From assembly GCA_965242965.1 (NCBI GenBank), contig OZ251518.1:672001-736000 (forward strand): 64,000 nt of DNA. Direction: 5' to 3'. Below, in pieces: positions 9,229 to 18,870 of the stretch (positions are counted from its first letter, which is position 1; each line of letters begins with the position of its first letter). The position numbers and the translations under genes were made by a program. This DNA comes from Candidatus Poribacteria bacterium (GTDB taxonomy: Bacteria > Poribacteria > WGA-4E > WGA-3G). The notes below the pieces were generated by a model that was not told the origin of the DNA, made no database searches, and worked only from the letters and a program-made list of their open reading frames with translations.

Positions 9229-9723
9229 ATGTTACGCCAAAAGATTTACCATCTTAACGAACTTGCGCCGCTTCTTCAGGATGCCAAAGCCGCGGGCAAA
9301 GTCGTCGTCACGACGAACGGATGCTTTGACGTGCTACATCTGGGGCATCTCCGCTATCTCCAAGCCGCGCGGGAACTCGGAGAGTTGCTGGTTGTCGCAG
9401 TGAATAGTGATAGTTCGGTTCGGCAGCTCAAGGGCGAAAACCGGCCGCTTGTCCCTGAATCAGAGCGCGCCGAAATGCTCGCCGGCTTGGAATGCGTTGA
9501 TTACGTCGTCATCTTCCCTGAATTAACGCCGGTTGCGTTGCTTGCCGAGCTCAAACCCAACATCCACGTCAAAGGCGGCGACTACAAATTGGAGCAGCTC
9601 GTTGAGAGGGAAGTTGTTGAGGCGCACGGCGGCAAGGTTATCGTCGGACTGAATGTCCCCGGCAAATCCACGACGAATCTCATCCAAGTGATTTGCGAAC
9701 GATATACCCGTGGCGGCCCGTAG
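9229..9723 (+). CDS. rfaE2: D-glycero-beta-D-manno-heptose 1-phosphate adenylyltransferase (RfaE domain II)
   Basis: TNGCFDVLHLGH, AVNSDSSV..LKG..RP, VKGGDY, GKSTT. Confidence 0.92.
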   Translation: MLRQKIYHLNELAPLLQDAKAAGKVVVTTNGCFDVLHLGHLRYLQAARELGELLVVAVNSDSSVRQLKGENRPLVPESERAEMLAGLECVDYVVIFPELTPVALLAELKPNIHVKGGDYKLEQLVEREVVEAHGGKVIVGLNVPGKSTTNLIQVICERYTRGGP

Positions 9724-10023
9724 CGCGAGGGCCTGTCCCTCGCGAGCCCTAGAACGCGTGTCCGGCCGTAGCGCGAGGGCCTGTCCCTCGCGAAGCCTCG
9801 GTGCAGACTAGGCTCGGCGAGGGACAGGCCCACCTCTGTAGTTCGGGAGCACCCGCTCCCGAACGGGCAGGATCAGGCGATCCTGACCTACAGAGGTGGT
9901 GCGCTCTGACAGCCAAACACATGGCGAGGGACAGGCCCTCGCCCTACGGTGAAAGGGGAGGCGTTTTTTCACCGGATCGCGGGGTCTGTCCCCGCGACGT
10001 TGAGCGAGTTATGAAACACCCTC
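9720..10023. repeat. REP mosaic ending in a solitary TIR copy
   Basis: GTAGCGCGAGGGCCTGTCCCTCGCG units; GAGTTATGAAACACCCTC at the right end. Confidence 0.85.
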
Positions 10024-10060
10024 ACTTAACTTACCGAAAAGAGACGAAAGGTAACAAAAC

Positions 10061-11473
10061 ATGCACATCAACAACCCATTGACAGTTCAGGAGCTCAAAC
10101 CCCACATCGAAAGGCTTTTTGAACTCTCTGGCAAAAAGATTTTAGCGATTGAGGAAACCTGGCCCGCCGAAAAAGGCACGCCTGTCTTCACCGTCGCCGG
10201 CACCTACACAACGCGCGGGTGGACAGAATGGACGCAAGGCTTCCAATTCGGTTCTGCCATCCTCCAATTTGAGGCGACTGGCGATGAACAGTTCCTGGAA
10301 ATCGGCAGGCAGAACACCATCGAAAAGATGGCACCGCATGTCACGCACATCGGTGTCCACGACCACGGATTTAACAACGTCTCCACATACGGCAACCTCC
10401 GCCGTTTAATGCGAGAAGGCATTATCCCGTGGAACGACGGTGAGATGCACTTTTATGAGCTCGCCTTGAAAGCCTCCGCCGCCGTGCAGGCGAGCCGATG
10501 GACACCTATTCGTGCGCGCTTTCAAAGCGCGGGCAGCGAGGACGGCGCGGGGTATATCTATTCTTTCAACGGACCGCATTCCCTCTTTTCGGATACTATC
10601 CGTTCGCTGCGGGTATTGGGGCTTGGACATACCCTCGGTGCAGTCCTCATGGGCGAAGGCGATGTGCCGATTTCGTTGTTAGAACGCCTGATTCACCATT
10701 CCGAGACTACAGCGGCCTACAACGTTTACTACGGCGAGGGGCGCGATGCTTATGATTTACGCGGGCGCGTCGTCCACGAATCTATCTTCAATACCAACGA
10801 CGGCAACTATCGGTGCCCAAGCACGCAACAGGGATATTCGCCGTTTACGACGTGGACGCGCGGGCTCGCGTGGATTATCACCGGCTACGCCGAACAACTT
10901 GAGTTTTTCGATACGCTGACTTCGGAAGCCCTGGAACCATTTTTGAATAGGACGGGAACGCCTGTTCCTGTTACCTTGCACATGCGCAAAGCGGCGGCGG
11001 CAACCGCTGATTTCTATATTGAGAATACCGCGCAGGATGGAATTCCGTATTGGGATACGGGTGCTCCCGGTTTAGCGCAACTCGGCGATTATTTGGAAGC
11101 ACCTGCGGATCCGTTTAACGACGCTGAACCGGTGGATAGTTCCGCTGCAGCCATCGCCGCGCAAGGGTTAATTCGCCTTGGTAACTACCTCAAAAAACAT
11201 GGCGAACTTGAGGCAGGTCAGACTTACTATCAGGCAGGTTTGACGGTAGCGCAGACGCTTTTCTCCGCGCCATATCTCTCCGAATCGGATGCGCATCAGG
11301 GGTTGCTATTGCATTCGGTTTATCATCGTCCGAATGGTTGGGATTATGTGCCGGCGGGCAGGCAAATTCCGTGCGGCGAGGCATCGATGTGGGGTGATTA
11401 TCACGCGCGGGAGCTCGCGCTGCTGTTGTGGCGAGAGATTGAGGGGGAGTCGTATTTGAGTTTTTCTAACTAA
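10061..11473 (+). CDS. Glycoside hydrolase family 88 (unsaturated glucuronyl hydrolase-like)
   Basis: WTEWTQGF, HDHGF, TWTRGLAW, GIPYWD, DSSAAAIAA, WGDYH. Confidence 0.88.
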   Translation: MHINNPLTVQELKPHIERLFELSGKKILAIEETWPAEKGTPVFTVAGTYTTRGWTEWTQGFQFGSAILQFEATGDEQFLEIGRQNTIEKMAPHVTHIGVHDHGFNNVSTYGNLRRLMREGIIPWNDGEMHFYELALKASAAVQASRWTPIRARFQSAGSEDGAGYIYSFNGPHSLFSDTIRSLRVLGLGHTLGAVLMGEGDVPISLLERLIHHSETTAAYNVYYGEGRDAYDLRGRVVHESIFNTNDGNYRCPSTQQGYSPFTTWTRGLAWIITGYAEQLEFFDTLTSEALEPFLNRTGTPVPVTLHMRKAAAATADFYIENTAQDGIPYWDTGAPGLAQLGDYLEAPADPFNDAEPVDSSAAAIAAQGLIRLGNYLKKHGELEAGQTYYQAGLTVAQTLFSAPYLSESDAHQGLLLHSVYHRPNGWDYVPAGRQIPCGEASMWGDYHARELALLLWREIEGESYLSFSN

Positions 11474-11491
11474 CAAGCTTCTCCCTTTCTC

Positions 11492-12095
11492 CGTAGGGCG
11501 GGGGCCTGTCCCTCGTCATGCATCGAGCCGCTCACCCTCACCGTAGGGCGAGGGCCTGTCCCTCGCCGTGCCATCTGGAGCAGGATTTCCAAGATAAGCA
11601 AGAGATGAGCAGGATTTTCAAGATTTTCAAGATTTTCAAGATTAGCGTCTTCATCTTGGTAATCTTGTCTTTTTCATGATAATCCTGCTCTGATTTTTCA
11701 AGATTTCCAAGATTAGCAGGATTAGAGGTTTTTATTCCGTGGAAACGTCTCTTAAGGTCTGTAAGACCTTAATGTCTATAGCGCGCCGCGCCGCGACGAT
11801 GCCTAAGGTCTGTAGGACCTTAATGTGCGTTTTATTTGGTGGTTATCCAAACCGCGCTGCCGCACCGTAGGGCGAGGGCCTGTCCCTCGCCATGCCAAAA
11901 ATCCCCTTTCACCGTAGGGCGAGGGCCTGTCCCTCGCCGTGCCTCGTTTGTCGCAGAAACCGTTCGTGGCCTCTGGGCTTCGGACGTTTCTCGTTTCGTC
12001 GGCGAGATCGCGGGGGACAGGCCCCCGCACTACGTTCCCAGGGACGTTTTTCGTTTGGATCGAACGTTCGCGAGGGACAGACCCTCGCGCTACAG
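11492..12095. repeat. REP mosaic including a 9-bp CAAGATTTT/CAGGATT microsatellite (11578-11725) and CTATAGACATTAAGGTC-type units
   Basis: Direct inspection of tandem and inverted units. Confidence 0.85.
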
Positions 12096-12221
12096 TAGCA
12101 GCGTTTTTTTTTCGCGAAATAACCTTGACAAAAAACGCGACATTTGCGACAATAAAAAAACCGAAATTCGTGTAGAATGTGGTTAATTGTGAACATTTCC
12201 ACGATTTTTCGCAGAAAATGT

Positions 12222-12251
12222 TTGACATTTATTGCATTTTTCGTGTATAAT
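12222..12251 (+). promoter_or_regulatory. Sigma70-type promoter
   Basis: TTGACA (12222-12227), 18 bp, TATAAT (12246-12251); a second TTGACA lies at about 12125. Confidence 0.7.
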
Positions 12252-12326
12252 AGTTGCAAATGCGGTGAAACGCGCGAAAAAAAACGTGCCACCGCGAGAC
12301 CGAAACCGAACAAAGGAACGATACCC

Positions 12327-12497
12327 GTGAACCAGCGAATTAATTCTTCCATTGCTACCGAGGTCGCCGTAGACCTGCCCGGGCCCCGCGAGATGCCGCA
12401 CATCCGGTGCGCGTCTGGCCCGTTTGTCGCGCTGTCACGAGTTCCCGTTCGGCTTGATGTCCAGAGGGGAGGATTTACCCCCCCCCTACTTCACTAG
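12327..12497 (+). other. Putative 56-aa leader ORF ending in a C9 tract
   Basis: AAAGGA SD then GTG; C9 at 12478-12486; lies in a long leader before the 12744 CDS. Confidence 0.4.
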
Positions 12498-12743
12498 CGT
12501 TAATTAGTTTTTCTTCACAAGACAGCGGCGACTTTCGTCGTCCTGTTGTCATTGACCCCGCACGCATTCTTTGCGTGGCGGGTTATTTGTGTTGCATTGG
12601 GACTGGCCCAATACATGTTTTCTTATAATCTCGTAAAGCCGCTATTCAGACAGACGAAGATGGATGGGCACCGTGCCCATCCACGCATCCTCGGTATGCA
12701 CGCGCGTTGACTCGCGCGCAACAAACTTAAAGGAGAACAAGAA

Positions 12744-13352
12744 ATGAACCGCAAAATCATTTGCATCGTCATTGCACTCATGGTTTTAAGCCTCGGTGCA
12801 ATCCTTGTCGCAGTTGAACCTGAACTCACAGGCGATGTAAACCGCGACGGTATCGTGAACATTCTCGATTTGGTGGAAGTCGCCTCACAATTCGGAGAGC
12901 AGGGTGAACCCGCCAACACCGTCACAAACGTGGGGCAGTTCCAAAACGATTTAAACGGACTCCCCGTTAACGTCACACTCTCACCACTGGAAAACGCAGA
13001 GGTTGAGACGGTTAGAGCGCGAGACGTACAGCAGAATCATTGGGACTATAACGGACGGTTCGTCCGTTTTACAGGTGTCGTTGACTACGTTAACACGACT
13101 TACCTCGACCCGCTAGACCTCCAATCGGAGGTAGTCTGGAGTCTGCGCCTTGAAGGGTGGCCATGGATTTATGTGTACCTGCTGGATGCGCCGAATATAT
13201 CCATTCTCCCCGAAGCATACCAAACGGGGCACAAATATGAATTCACAGGGTTTTTCATAAGATATGAGAAACACGCAGAATGGAGCAAAGACGGATTCAC
13301 ACAAATACGCGTCTACGCTTTTGAGATTCGGCATCTGGGGGAAGCGGATTGA
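12744..13352 (+). CDS. Secreted protein with dockerin-like/EF-hand motif and possible OB-fold C-terminal domain
   Basis: AAAGGAG SD, signal peptide, GDVNRDGIVNILDLV motif. Confidence 0.8.
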   Translation: MNRKIICIVIALMVLSLGAILVAVEPELTGDVNRDGIVNILDLVEVASQFGEQGEPANTVTNVGQFQNDLNGLPVNVTLSPLENAEVETVRARDVQQNHWDYNGRFVRFTGVVDYVNTTYLDPLDLQSEVVWSLRLEGWPWIYVYLLDAPNISILPEAYQTGHKYEFTGFFIRYEKHAEWSKDGFTQIRVYAFEIRHLGEAD

Positions 13353-13409
13353 TACGAACGCCCGCGCCGCGGATATTCCCGCGGCCGGGTCTTCTTAAAG
13401 AAGGAGATT

Positions 13410-14438
13410 ATGATGTTGAAAAATGCTTTTTTATCTCTGTTTTTCCTACTCGTCAGCGTCCACGCCGCCGTCGGCAACGCAGACCTGAACGCAGACGGAA
13501 AAATCAACATTCAAGATTTAGTCATCATTGCGCAGCATCTCGGCACCGACAACACAGAAGTAGACCAGAACGGGGACGGAGAAATAAATATCCTTGACCT
13601 GGTCCTGGTTGCAGGGCTTTTAGGTGAAACGCCAACAAAACCCGAGACCCCCGAAGGCATGGTGCTTATCCCTGCTGGCACATTCCAAATGGGCAGCGAG
13701 GACGAGGAGGCAGGCGATGACGAACAGCCCGTGCATACCGTCCACTTGGATGCGTTCTATATGGATAAATATGAAGTCACGAACGCGCAGTTCAAGGCAT
13801 TCCTCGACGCAAATCCAGAGTGGGGAAAGGATAACATTGAGGACAGGTATAACATTGAGGACAGGTTCCACAAGGGCTTATACCTTCGTGAATGGACTGA
13901 CAATAACTACCCCGCCGGGAAAGCAGACCATCCGGTGTATCAGGTGAGCTGGTATGCAGCAATGGCGTATACCGAGTGGACAGGCAAGCGGCTGCCGACA
14001 GAGGCGGAATGGGAATATGCCGCACGCGGTGGGCTTGCGGGGAAGAAGTATCCCTGGGGCGATACGATTTCCCCCGCTGATGCGAACTACTGGGACAGTG
14101 GCATCGGCGATACGACACCCGTTGGGCAGTATGCGGCGAACGGGTATGGGTTATATGATATGGCAGGAAACGTGCGGGAATGGTGCCTTGACGTATACGA
14201 TTTCAAGGGTTTATACGCTGTCTCTGAGAACAATCGGAATCCTATCGCCAGTGGGGAGAGCCTCCAAGAACTGCGTGAGAACTTCACAAGTATCCCGGAA
14301 GACTCCTATCGCGTGTTGCGCGGCGGCAGTTGGTTCCAAACGGCACAGTACTTGCGTGTTGCCAGTCGCGAATGGAATAAGCCAACGTACGCGGACGCAG
14401 TCCTCGGTTTTCGTTGCGTGCAGCCAGTTACGCCTTGA
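13410..14438 (+). CDS. Secreted dockerin-like + formylglycine-generating-enzyme (FGE-sulfatase/C-type lectin fold) domain protein
   Basis: DLNADGKINIQDLV and DQNGDGEINILDLV; FQMGS, RLPTEAEWEYAARGG, LYDMAGNVREW, RVLRGGSW, GFRC. Confidence 0.92.
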   Translation: MMLKNAFLSLFFLLVSVHAAVGNADLNADGKINIQDLVIIAQHLGTDNTEVDQNGDGEINILDLVLVAGLLGETPTKPETPEGMVLIPAGTFQMGSEDEEAGDDEQPVHTVHLDAFYMDKYEVTNAQFKAFLDANPEWGKDNIEDRYNIEDRFHKGLYLREWTDNNYPAGKADHPVYQVSWYAAMAYTEWTGKRLPTEAEWEYAARGGLAGKKYPWGDTISPADANYWDSGIGDTTPVGQYAANGYGLYDMAGNVREWCLDVYDFKGLYAVSENNRNPIASGESLQELRENFTSIPEDSYRVLRGGSWFQTAQYLRVASREWNKPTYADAVLGFRCVQPVTP

Positions 14439-14459
14439 GACTTAACACTTTGACAACCT

Positions 14460-14487
14460 CGCCGCGGATTTCCGCGGCGTTTTTTTT
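14460..14487 (+). terminator. Rho-independent terminator
   Basis: CGCCGCGG-ATTT-CCGCGGCG followed by T8. Confidence 0.85.
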
Positions 14488-14547
14488 ATCATTTTGATTA
14501 TGAACAATTTGTTAATTGGCGTTATCATCGGTGCATTGCTTGCGGTG

Positions 14548-15020
14548 ATACAGGCCCCCGCGCTACGTCACCTAAAACACCCCTTCTCCCCGCGTAGGGC
14601 GAGGGCCTGTTCCTCGCCGCGCCTAAGGTCCTTTAGGTCCTTAATGTCTATAGTCCCTCGCAACACGATGCTCCCTAAGGTCCTTTAGGTCCTTAATGTG
14701 CAGTTGTGCAGTATGTCTCGTTTCATTAAGGTCCTAACGGACCTTGAAAACTACGTAAAACCCGTTTTTCTATAGACATGCAGGTCCTAAAGGACCTGAA
14801 GAGGCATCCATTGCAAAAAGAATGTTCGTTGCGCGGGAGATAATCCTGTAAATCTTGTAAATCCTGTAAATCCTGCTTCAGGCAGTTAACATCGCGGGGG
14901 ACAGGCCCCCGCGCTACGGTGAAGAGTAGAAAACCGCGCCGCCGCACCGTAGGGCGAGGGCCTGTCCCTCGCCATGCATCGAGACCAAGAAGTCTATCCT
15001 ACGCCTGTCCCTCGCCATGC
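14548..15020. repeat. REP mosaic with AGGTCCTTTAGGTCCTTAAT units and AATCCTGTA microsatellite
   Basis: Direct inspection. Confidence 0.85.
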
Positions 15021-15099
15021 TTGCAAAAAAAATTACTTGACATTCAAAGCGAATTTATGATACTCTTTATTTAATCACTCCGAAGAGGAAACTGAAAAC

Positions 15100-15792
15100 A
15101 TGCAAGCGATTATTCTCTGTGGTGGACTTTCCACCCGACTCGGAAAGACGACACAGCACCTCCCCAAAATTCTCCTCAAAATCGGGGAGCGGACGGTGCT
15201 GGAATGGCAACTCGCGCTGCTGGCAGAAGCGGGCGTGACAGAAGTCATCCTCGCCTCCGGGCACCTGCACGATGTGCTTTACGCGCACGTCGGGGAACGT
15301 TACGCCGGGATGAAAATCCGATACGCCAAAGAGGAGAAACCGCTCGGCACCGGGGGCGCGATTCAGAACGCGTTCCGGTTAGTTGACGCATTTCCTGTCT
15401 TCGTGTTGCACGGCGATATTTTGTTGAAAGGCATCTCGTTGGCTGAGATGCGCGCCGCTCTCCGGCCCGAAATGGACGGCTTAGTCCTCGGCGTGCCTGT
15501 CACCGACCTCGGTTCCTATGGCGAGATCGTCGCCGATGCAGATGGACGAATCGTTGCTTTTCGGGAGAAGCAACAGGCGGCGCGCCCCGGATGCGCAAAC
15601 GGCGCGGTCTTCCTCTTCAACCGAACGATTGTCAACGCCTTTCCACAAAAGGACAAATTCTCGATCGAACGCGACGTTTTTCCGTTCGTAACGCAGTTAT
15701 ATGTTTACAATATCGCACCCTCGCGGTCGCGATTCTGGATAGATATTGGCGTGCCGGAGCGGTTGGAATACGCCCGGCAACATTTCATTTAA
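15100..15792 (+). CDS. Sugar-phosphate nucleotidyltransferase (HddC/GMPP-like)
   Basis: AIILCGGLSTRL, LPKILL, EEKPLGTGGA, WIDIG. Confidence 0.88.
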   Translation: MQAIILCGGLSTRLGKTTQHLPKILLKIGERTVLEWQLALLAEAGVTEVILASGHLHDVLYAHVGERYAGMKIRYAKEEKPLGTGGAIQNAFRLVDAFPVFVLHGDILLKGISLAEMRAALRPEMDGLVLGVPVTDLGSYGEIVADADGRIVAFREKQQAARPGCANGAVFLFNRTIVNAFPQKDKFSIERDVFPFVTQLYVYNIAPSRSRFWIDIGVPERLEYARQHFI

Positions 15793-15810
15793 CATTTAAA
15801 GGAGAGACTC

Positions 15811-16626
15811 ATGTCAGTCTTTGATGCAAAAGCACTTGAATTTTGGGAAGAAAACGGCTACGTCGTTGTGCCGGAGGCAGTTCCCATCGAAAATTGCCGC
15901 GCCGCCGAACAAGCCGTTTGGGACTTCCTTGAGATGGAACGCGAGAATCCGGAGAGTTGGTATCCCAATCCACCGCGGCGGAGCATCATGGTGGAGATTT
16001 ACCAACATCAGGCACTGTGGGATAACCGGCAGTATCCGCGCGTGCATCAGGCGTTTTCGGAAATCTGGGGCACCGACAAGCTCTGGGTAAGTTTTGACCG
16101 CGCCAGCATGAATCCACCCGAACGTCCGGATTGGAAGTTCACCGGTCCTTATCTGCATTGGGATATGTCGCTGGACGATATGCCGGTGCGGTTGAAGGTG
16201 CAAGGCGTGCTATACCTCGCTGATACGCCCGGCAACCAAGGCGCGTTTACCTGCATCCCCGGTTTCCATAAGAAATTGGAGGCGTGGATGAAAGAGCTGC
16301 CGGAGGGCACAAATCCGAGGGAAGTGGTGCGCGAATACCAAGCGGAGGCAGTCCCCGTTGAGGGGAAAGCCGGCGATCTGGTGATTTGGCACAGTGCCTT
16401 GCCGCACGGCAGTAGCCCGAACTCCGCCGAGCGGCCCCGCATGGCGCAGTATATCACCATGTCGCCCGCGCCGACGAACGGTAACCCTGAGAAGCGGATT
16501 GAGGGATGGCGCGAACGTCTCACCGGACTCGGAAAAGAGAAGAGGGAGAAAGAGCATTACCACGGGAAGACCGCGGATTTGACACCGCTGGGTAAGAAAC
16601 TCCTCGGGTTGGATGCGTGGGGTTAG
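15811..16626 (+). CDS. Phytanoyl-CoA dioxygenase (PhyH) family protein
   Basis: ENGYVVV, LHWD, AGDLVIWHSALPHG. Confidence 0.9.
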   Translation: MSVFDAKALEFWEENGYVVVPEAVPIENCRAAEQAVWDFLEMERENPESWYPNPPRRSIMVEIYQHQALWDNRQYPRVHQAFSEIWGTDKLWVSFDRASMNPPERPDWKFTGPYLHWDMSLDDMPVRLKVQGVLYLADTPGNQGAFTCIPGFHKKLEAWMKELPEGTNPREVVREYQAEAVPVEGKAGDLVIWHSALPHGSSPNSAERPRMAQYITMSPAPTNGNPEKRIEGWRERLTGLGKEKREKEHYHGKTADLTPLGKKLLGLDAWG

Positions 16627-16644
16627 TTTTTTTGTGGTTGAATG

Positions 16645-17525
16645 TTCGCGAGGGACAGGCCCTCGCGCTGCGGGCGGCCGCGGGGTCCTAGGGTCCGCGA
16701 GGGACAGGCCCTCGCGCTACGGGAGCTGGGAGAAGAACCCTCTCTCACACCGTAGGGCGGGGGCCTGTCCCCCGCCATGCTTGGGGTGCTGAACGCTCGC
16801 GAGGGACAGGCCCTCGCGCTACGGGCCGAAGACGGGGTTCTTTTCGGCTGAACGTTCGCGAGGGACAGGCTCTCGCGCTACGGGTTCGGGGAGAAGAAAC
16901 CTCTTACGCACCGTAGGGCGGGGGCCTGTCCCCCGCCATGCTTAGGATGCCGAACGTTCGCGAGGGACAGGCCCTCGCGCTACGGGCCAAGGATGTTTTC
17001 TGCTTGGATGCACGTTCGCGAGGGACAGGCCCTCGCGCTACGGCTTCGGGGAGAAGAAGCCTCTCTCACACCGTAGGGCGGGGGCCTGTCCCCCGCCATG
17101 CTTGAGGTGCCGAACGTTCGCGAGGGACAGGCCCTCGCGCTACGGGCCGAAGACGGTGTTTGAGGTTTCGCGAGGGCCAGGCTCTCGCGCTGCGGGAGCG
17201 TGGAGAAGAACCCTCTCTCCCACCGTAGGGCGGGGGCCTGTCCCCCGCCATGCTTGGGGTGCTGAACGCTCGCGAGGGACAGGCCCTCGCGCTACGGGTA
17301 GGAGAGACCTCCCGGTCTCGATTTCTTCCCGCGGCTTCGCGAGGGACAGGCCCTCGCGCTACGGGTCAAGGATGGTTTTCTGCTTGGATGCACGTTCGCG
17401 AGGGACAGGCCCTCGCGCTACGGGCCGAGGACGGTTTTACGGGCCGAGGACGGGGTTCTTTCGCGGGGGACGGGCCCTCGCGCTACGGACTAACGAGTCG
17501 AGACCAGGAGGTCTCCCCTACCGGG
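16645..17525. repeat. Long REP array (CGCGAGGG/GGCGGGGG stem variants)
   Basis: Repeated CGCGAGGGACAGGCCCTCGCGCTACG and GTAGGGCGGGGGCCTGTCCCCCGCC with related spacers. Confidence 0.92.
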
Positions 17526-17544
17526 AAAGGACGGTTTTTTTGTC

Positions 17545-18870
17545 ATGGATAACCTACTCGCTGCACGCGCGCAGATGGCGATGTCTCTCGCGTTTCACAT
17601 TATTTTCGCCGCCGTCGGCATGGCGATGCCGCTGCTCATGGTAATCGCAGAAGGGTTGTGGCTGAAAACACGCGACGCTGTCTATCTCACTCTTGCAAAA
17701 CAGTGGGCAAAAGGCACTGCGATTATGTTCGCTGTCGGCGCAGTCTCCGGCACCGTGCTCTCCTTTGAACTGGGACTGCTTTGGCCGGAGTTCATGGCTT
17801 ACGCAGGCCCTATCATCGGCATGCCGTTTTCATTAGAGGGACTCGCGTTCTTCCTTGAGGCAATCTTCCTCGGCATTTACCTTTACGGCTGGGAACGTGT
17901 GCCGCGCTATGCGCACTGGTTCGCCGGTGTGATGGTGCTGATAGGCGGAACTTTATCAGGCATCTTCGTCGTCACGGCGAACGCTTGGATGAACACGCCG
18001 ACAGGTTTTTCAATCGTCAACGGAGAGGTGACAGACATTGATCCGATTGCGGCGATGCTGAACCCCTCTTCGTTCAGTCAGGCGTTGCACATGTGCTTGG
18101 CGGCGTTCCTCGCTGTCGGGTTCGCGGCGGCGGGTATCCACGCCTATCTGTTGCGCCGCGACCCGAGCAACGCTTTCCATCGGAAGGCGTTCGCTATCGC
18201 GCTGAGCGTCGGCGGTGTCATGGCAATCCTCCAACCCATCTCCGGAGATATCAGTGCCAAGAAGCTTGCAAAGCATCAACCCATCAAACTGGCGGCGATG
18301 GAGGGGCAGTGGGAGACAGAACGCGGCGCGCCTCTACGCATCGGCGGTATTCCTGACGAAGAGGCTGAAGTAACGCGCTATGCAATTGAGATTCCAAAGG
18401 CACTCAGTTTTCTCGCGCACTTCGATTTCAACGCCGAGATTATGGGACTGAAAGACGTGCCGAAGGAGAACCGTCCGCCTGTAGCGATTGTGCATATCGC
18501 GTTTCAAATCATGGTAGCGTGCGGTATGATAATGCTCACCGCGGGCTGCATCGGCGGTTGGCTCGCATGGCGGCGGAAAAGCCTGCCGACAGATGGATGG
18601 TATCTCCGATTCGTTACGTGCTGCGCGCCGCTCGGGTTTATCGCCATTGAAGCAGGTTGGACCGTCACGGAAGTCGGCAGACAGCCGTGGGTTATCTATA
18701 ACGTCATGCGAACGGCGGAGGCGGTGACCCCGATGCCAAACCTCGTTATTCCGTTTATCAGTTTCACCGTGCTTTACATTTTCCTTTCTGTCATCGTCGT
18801 TATCTTATTGCGTCGTCAATTTTTCCAAAGTCTGTCCATTCTTGGGGAGGAACCCGATGTTCGCTCTTGA
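17545..18870 (+). CDS. cydA: Cytochrome bd ubiquinol oxidase subunit I
   Basis: AFHIIF, GAVSGTVLSFE, ANAWMNTP, QPIKLAAMEG, EVGRQPW. Confidence 0.95.
   Translation: MDNLLAARAQMAMSLAFHIIFAAVGMAMPLLMVIAEGLWLKTRDAVYLTLAKQWAKGTAIMFAVGAVSGTVLSFELGLLWPEFMAYAGPIIGMPFSLEGLAFFLEAIFLGIYLYGWERVPRYAHWFAGVMVLIGGTLSGIFVVTANAWMNTPTGFSIVNGEVTDIDPIAAMLNPSSFSQALHMCLAAFLAVGFAAAGIHAYLLRRDPSNAFHRKAFAIALSVGGVMAILQPISGDISAKKLAKHQPIKLAAMEGQWETERGAPLRIGGIPDEEAEVTRYAIEIPKALSFLAHFDFNAEIMGLKDVPKENRPPVAIVHIAFQIMVACGMIMLTAGCIGGWLAWRRKSLPTDGWYLRFVTCCAPLGFIAIEAGWTVTEVGRQPWVIYNVMRTAEAVTPMPNLVIPFISFTVLYIFLSVIVVILLRRQFFQSLSILGEEPDVRS

Noticed and set aside
12260-12740. Named riboswitch or known ncRNA
   Set aside because: Hairpins are present but no recognisable Rfam consensus could be matched by eye; kept only as an unassigned leader.
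13410-14490. Complete diversity-generating retroelement
   Set aside because: No reverse transcriptase, Avd or template repeat was seen; the downstream hairpin with T8 is explained as a terminator.
12744-14490. Integron cassette array (similar GCCGCGG hairpins follow both genes)
   Set aside because: No convincing RYYYAAC...GTTRRRY attC boxes and no integrase.
16645-17525. CRISPR array
   Set aside because: Repeats alternate in orientation, spacers vary in length and resemble each other, identical units are scattered throughout the window, and no cas genes are present.
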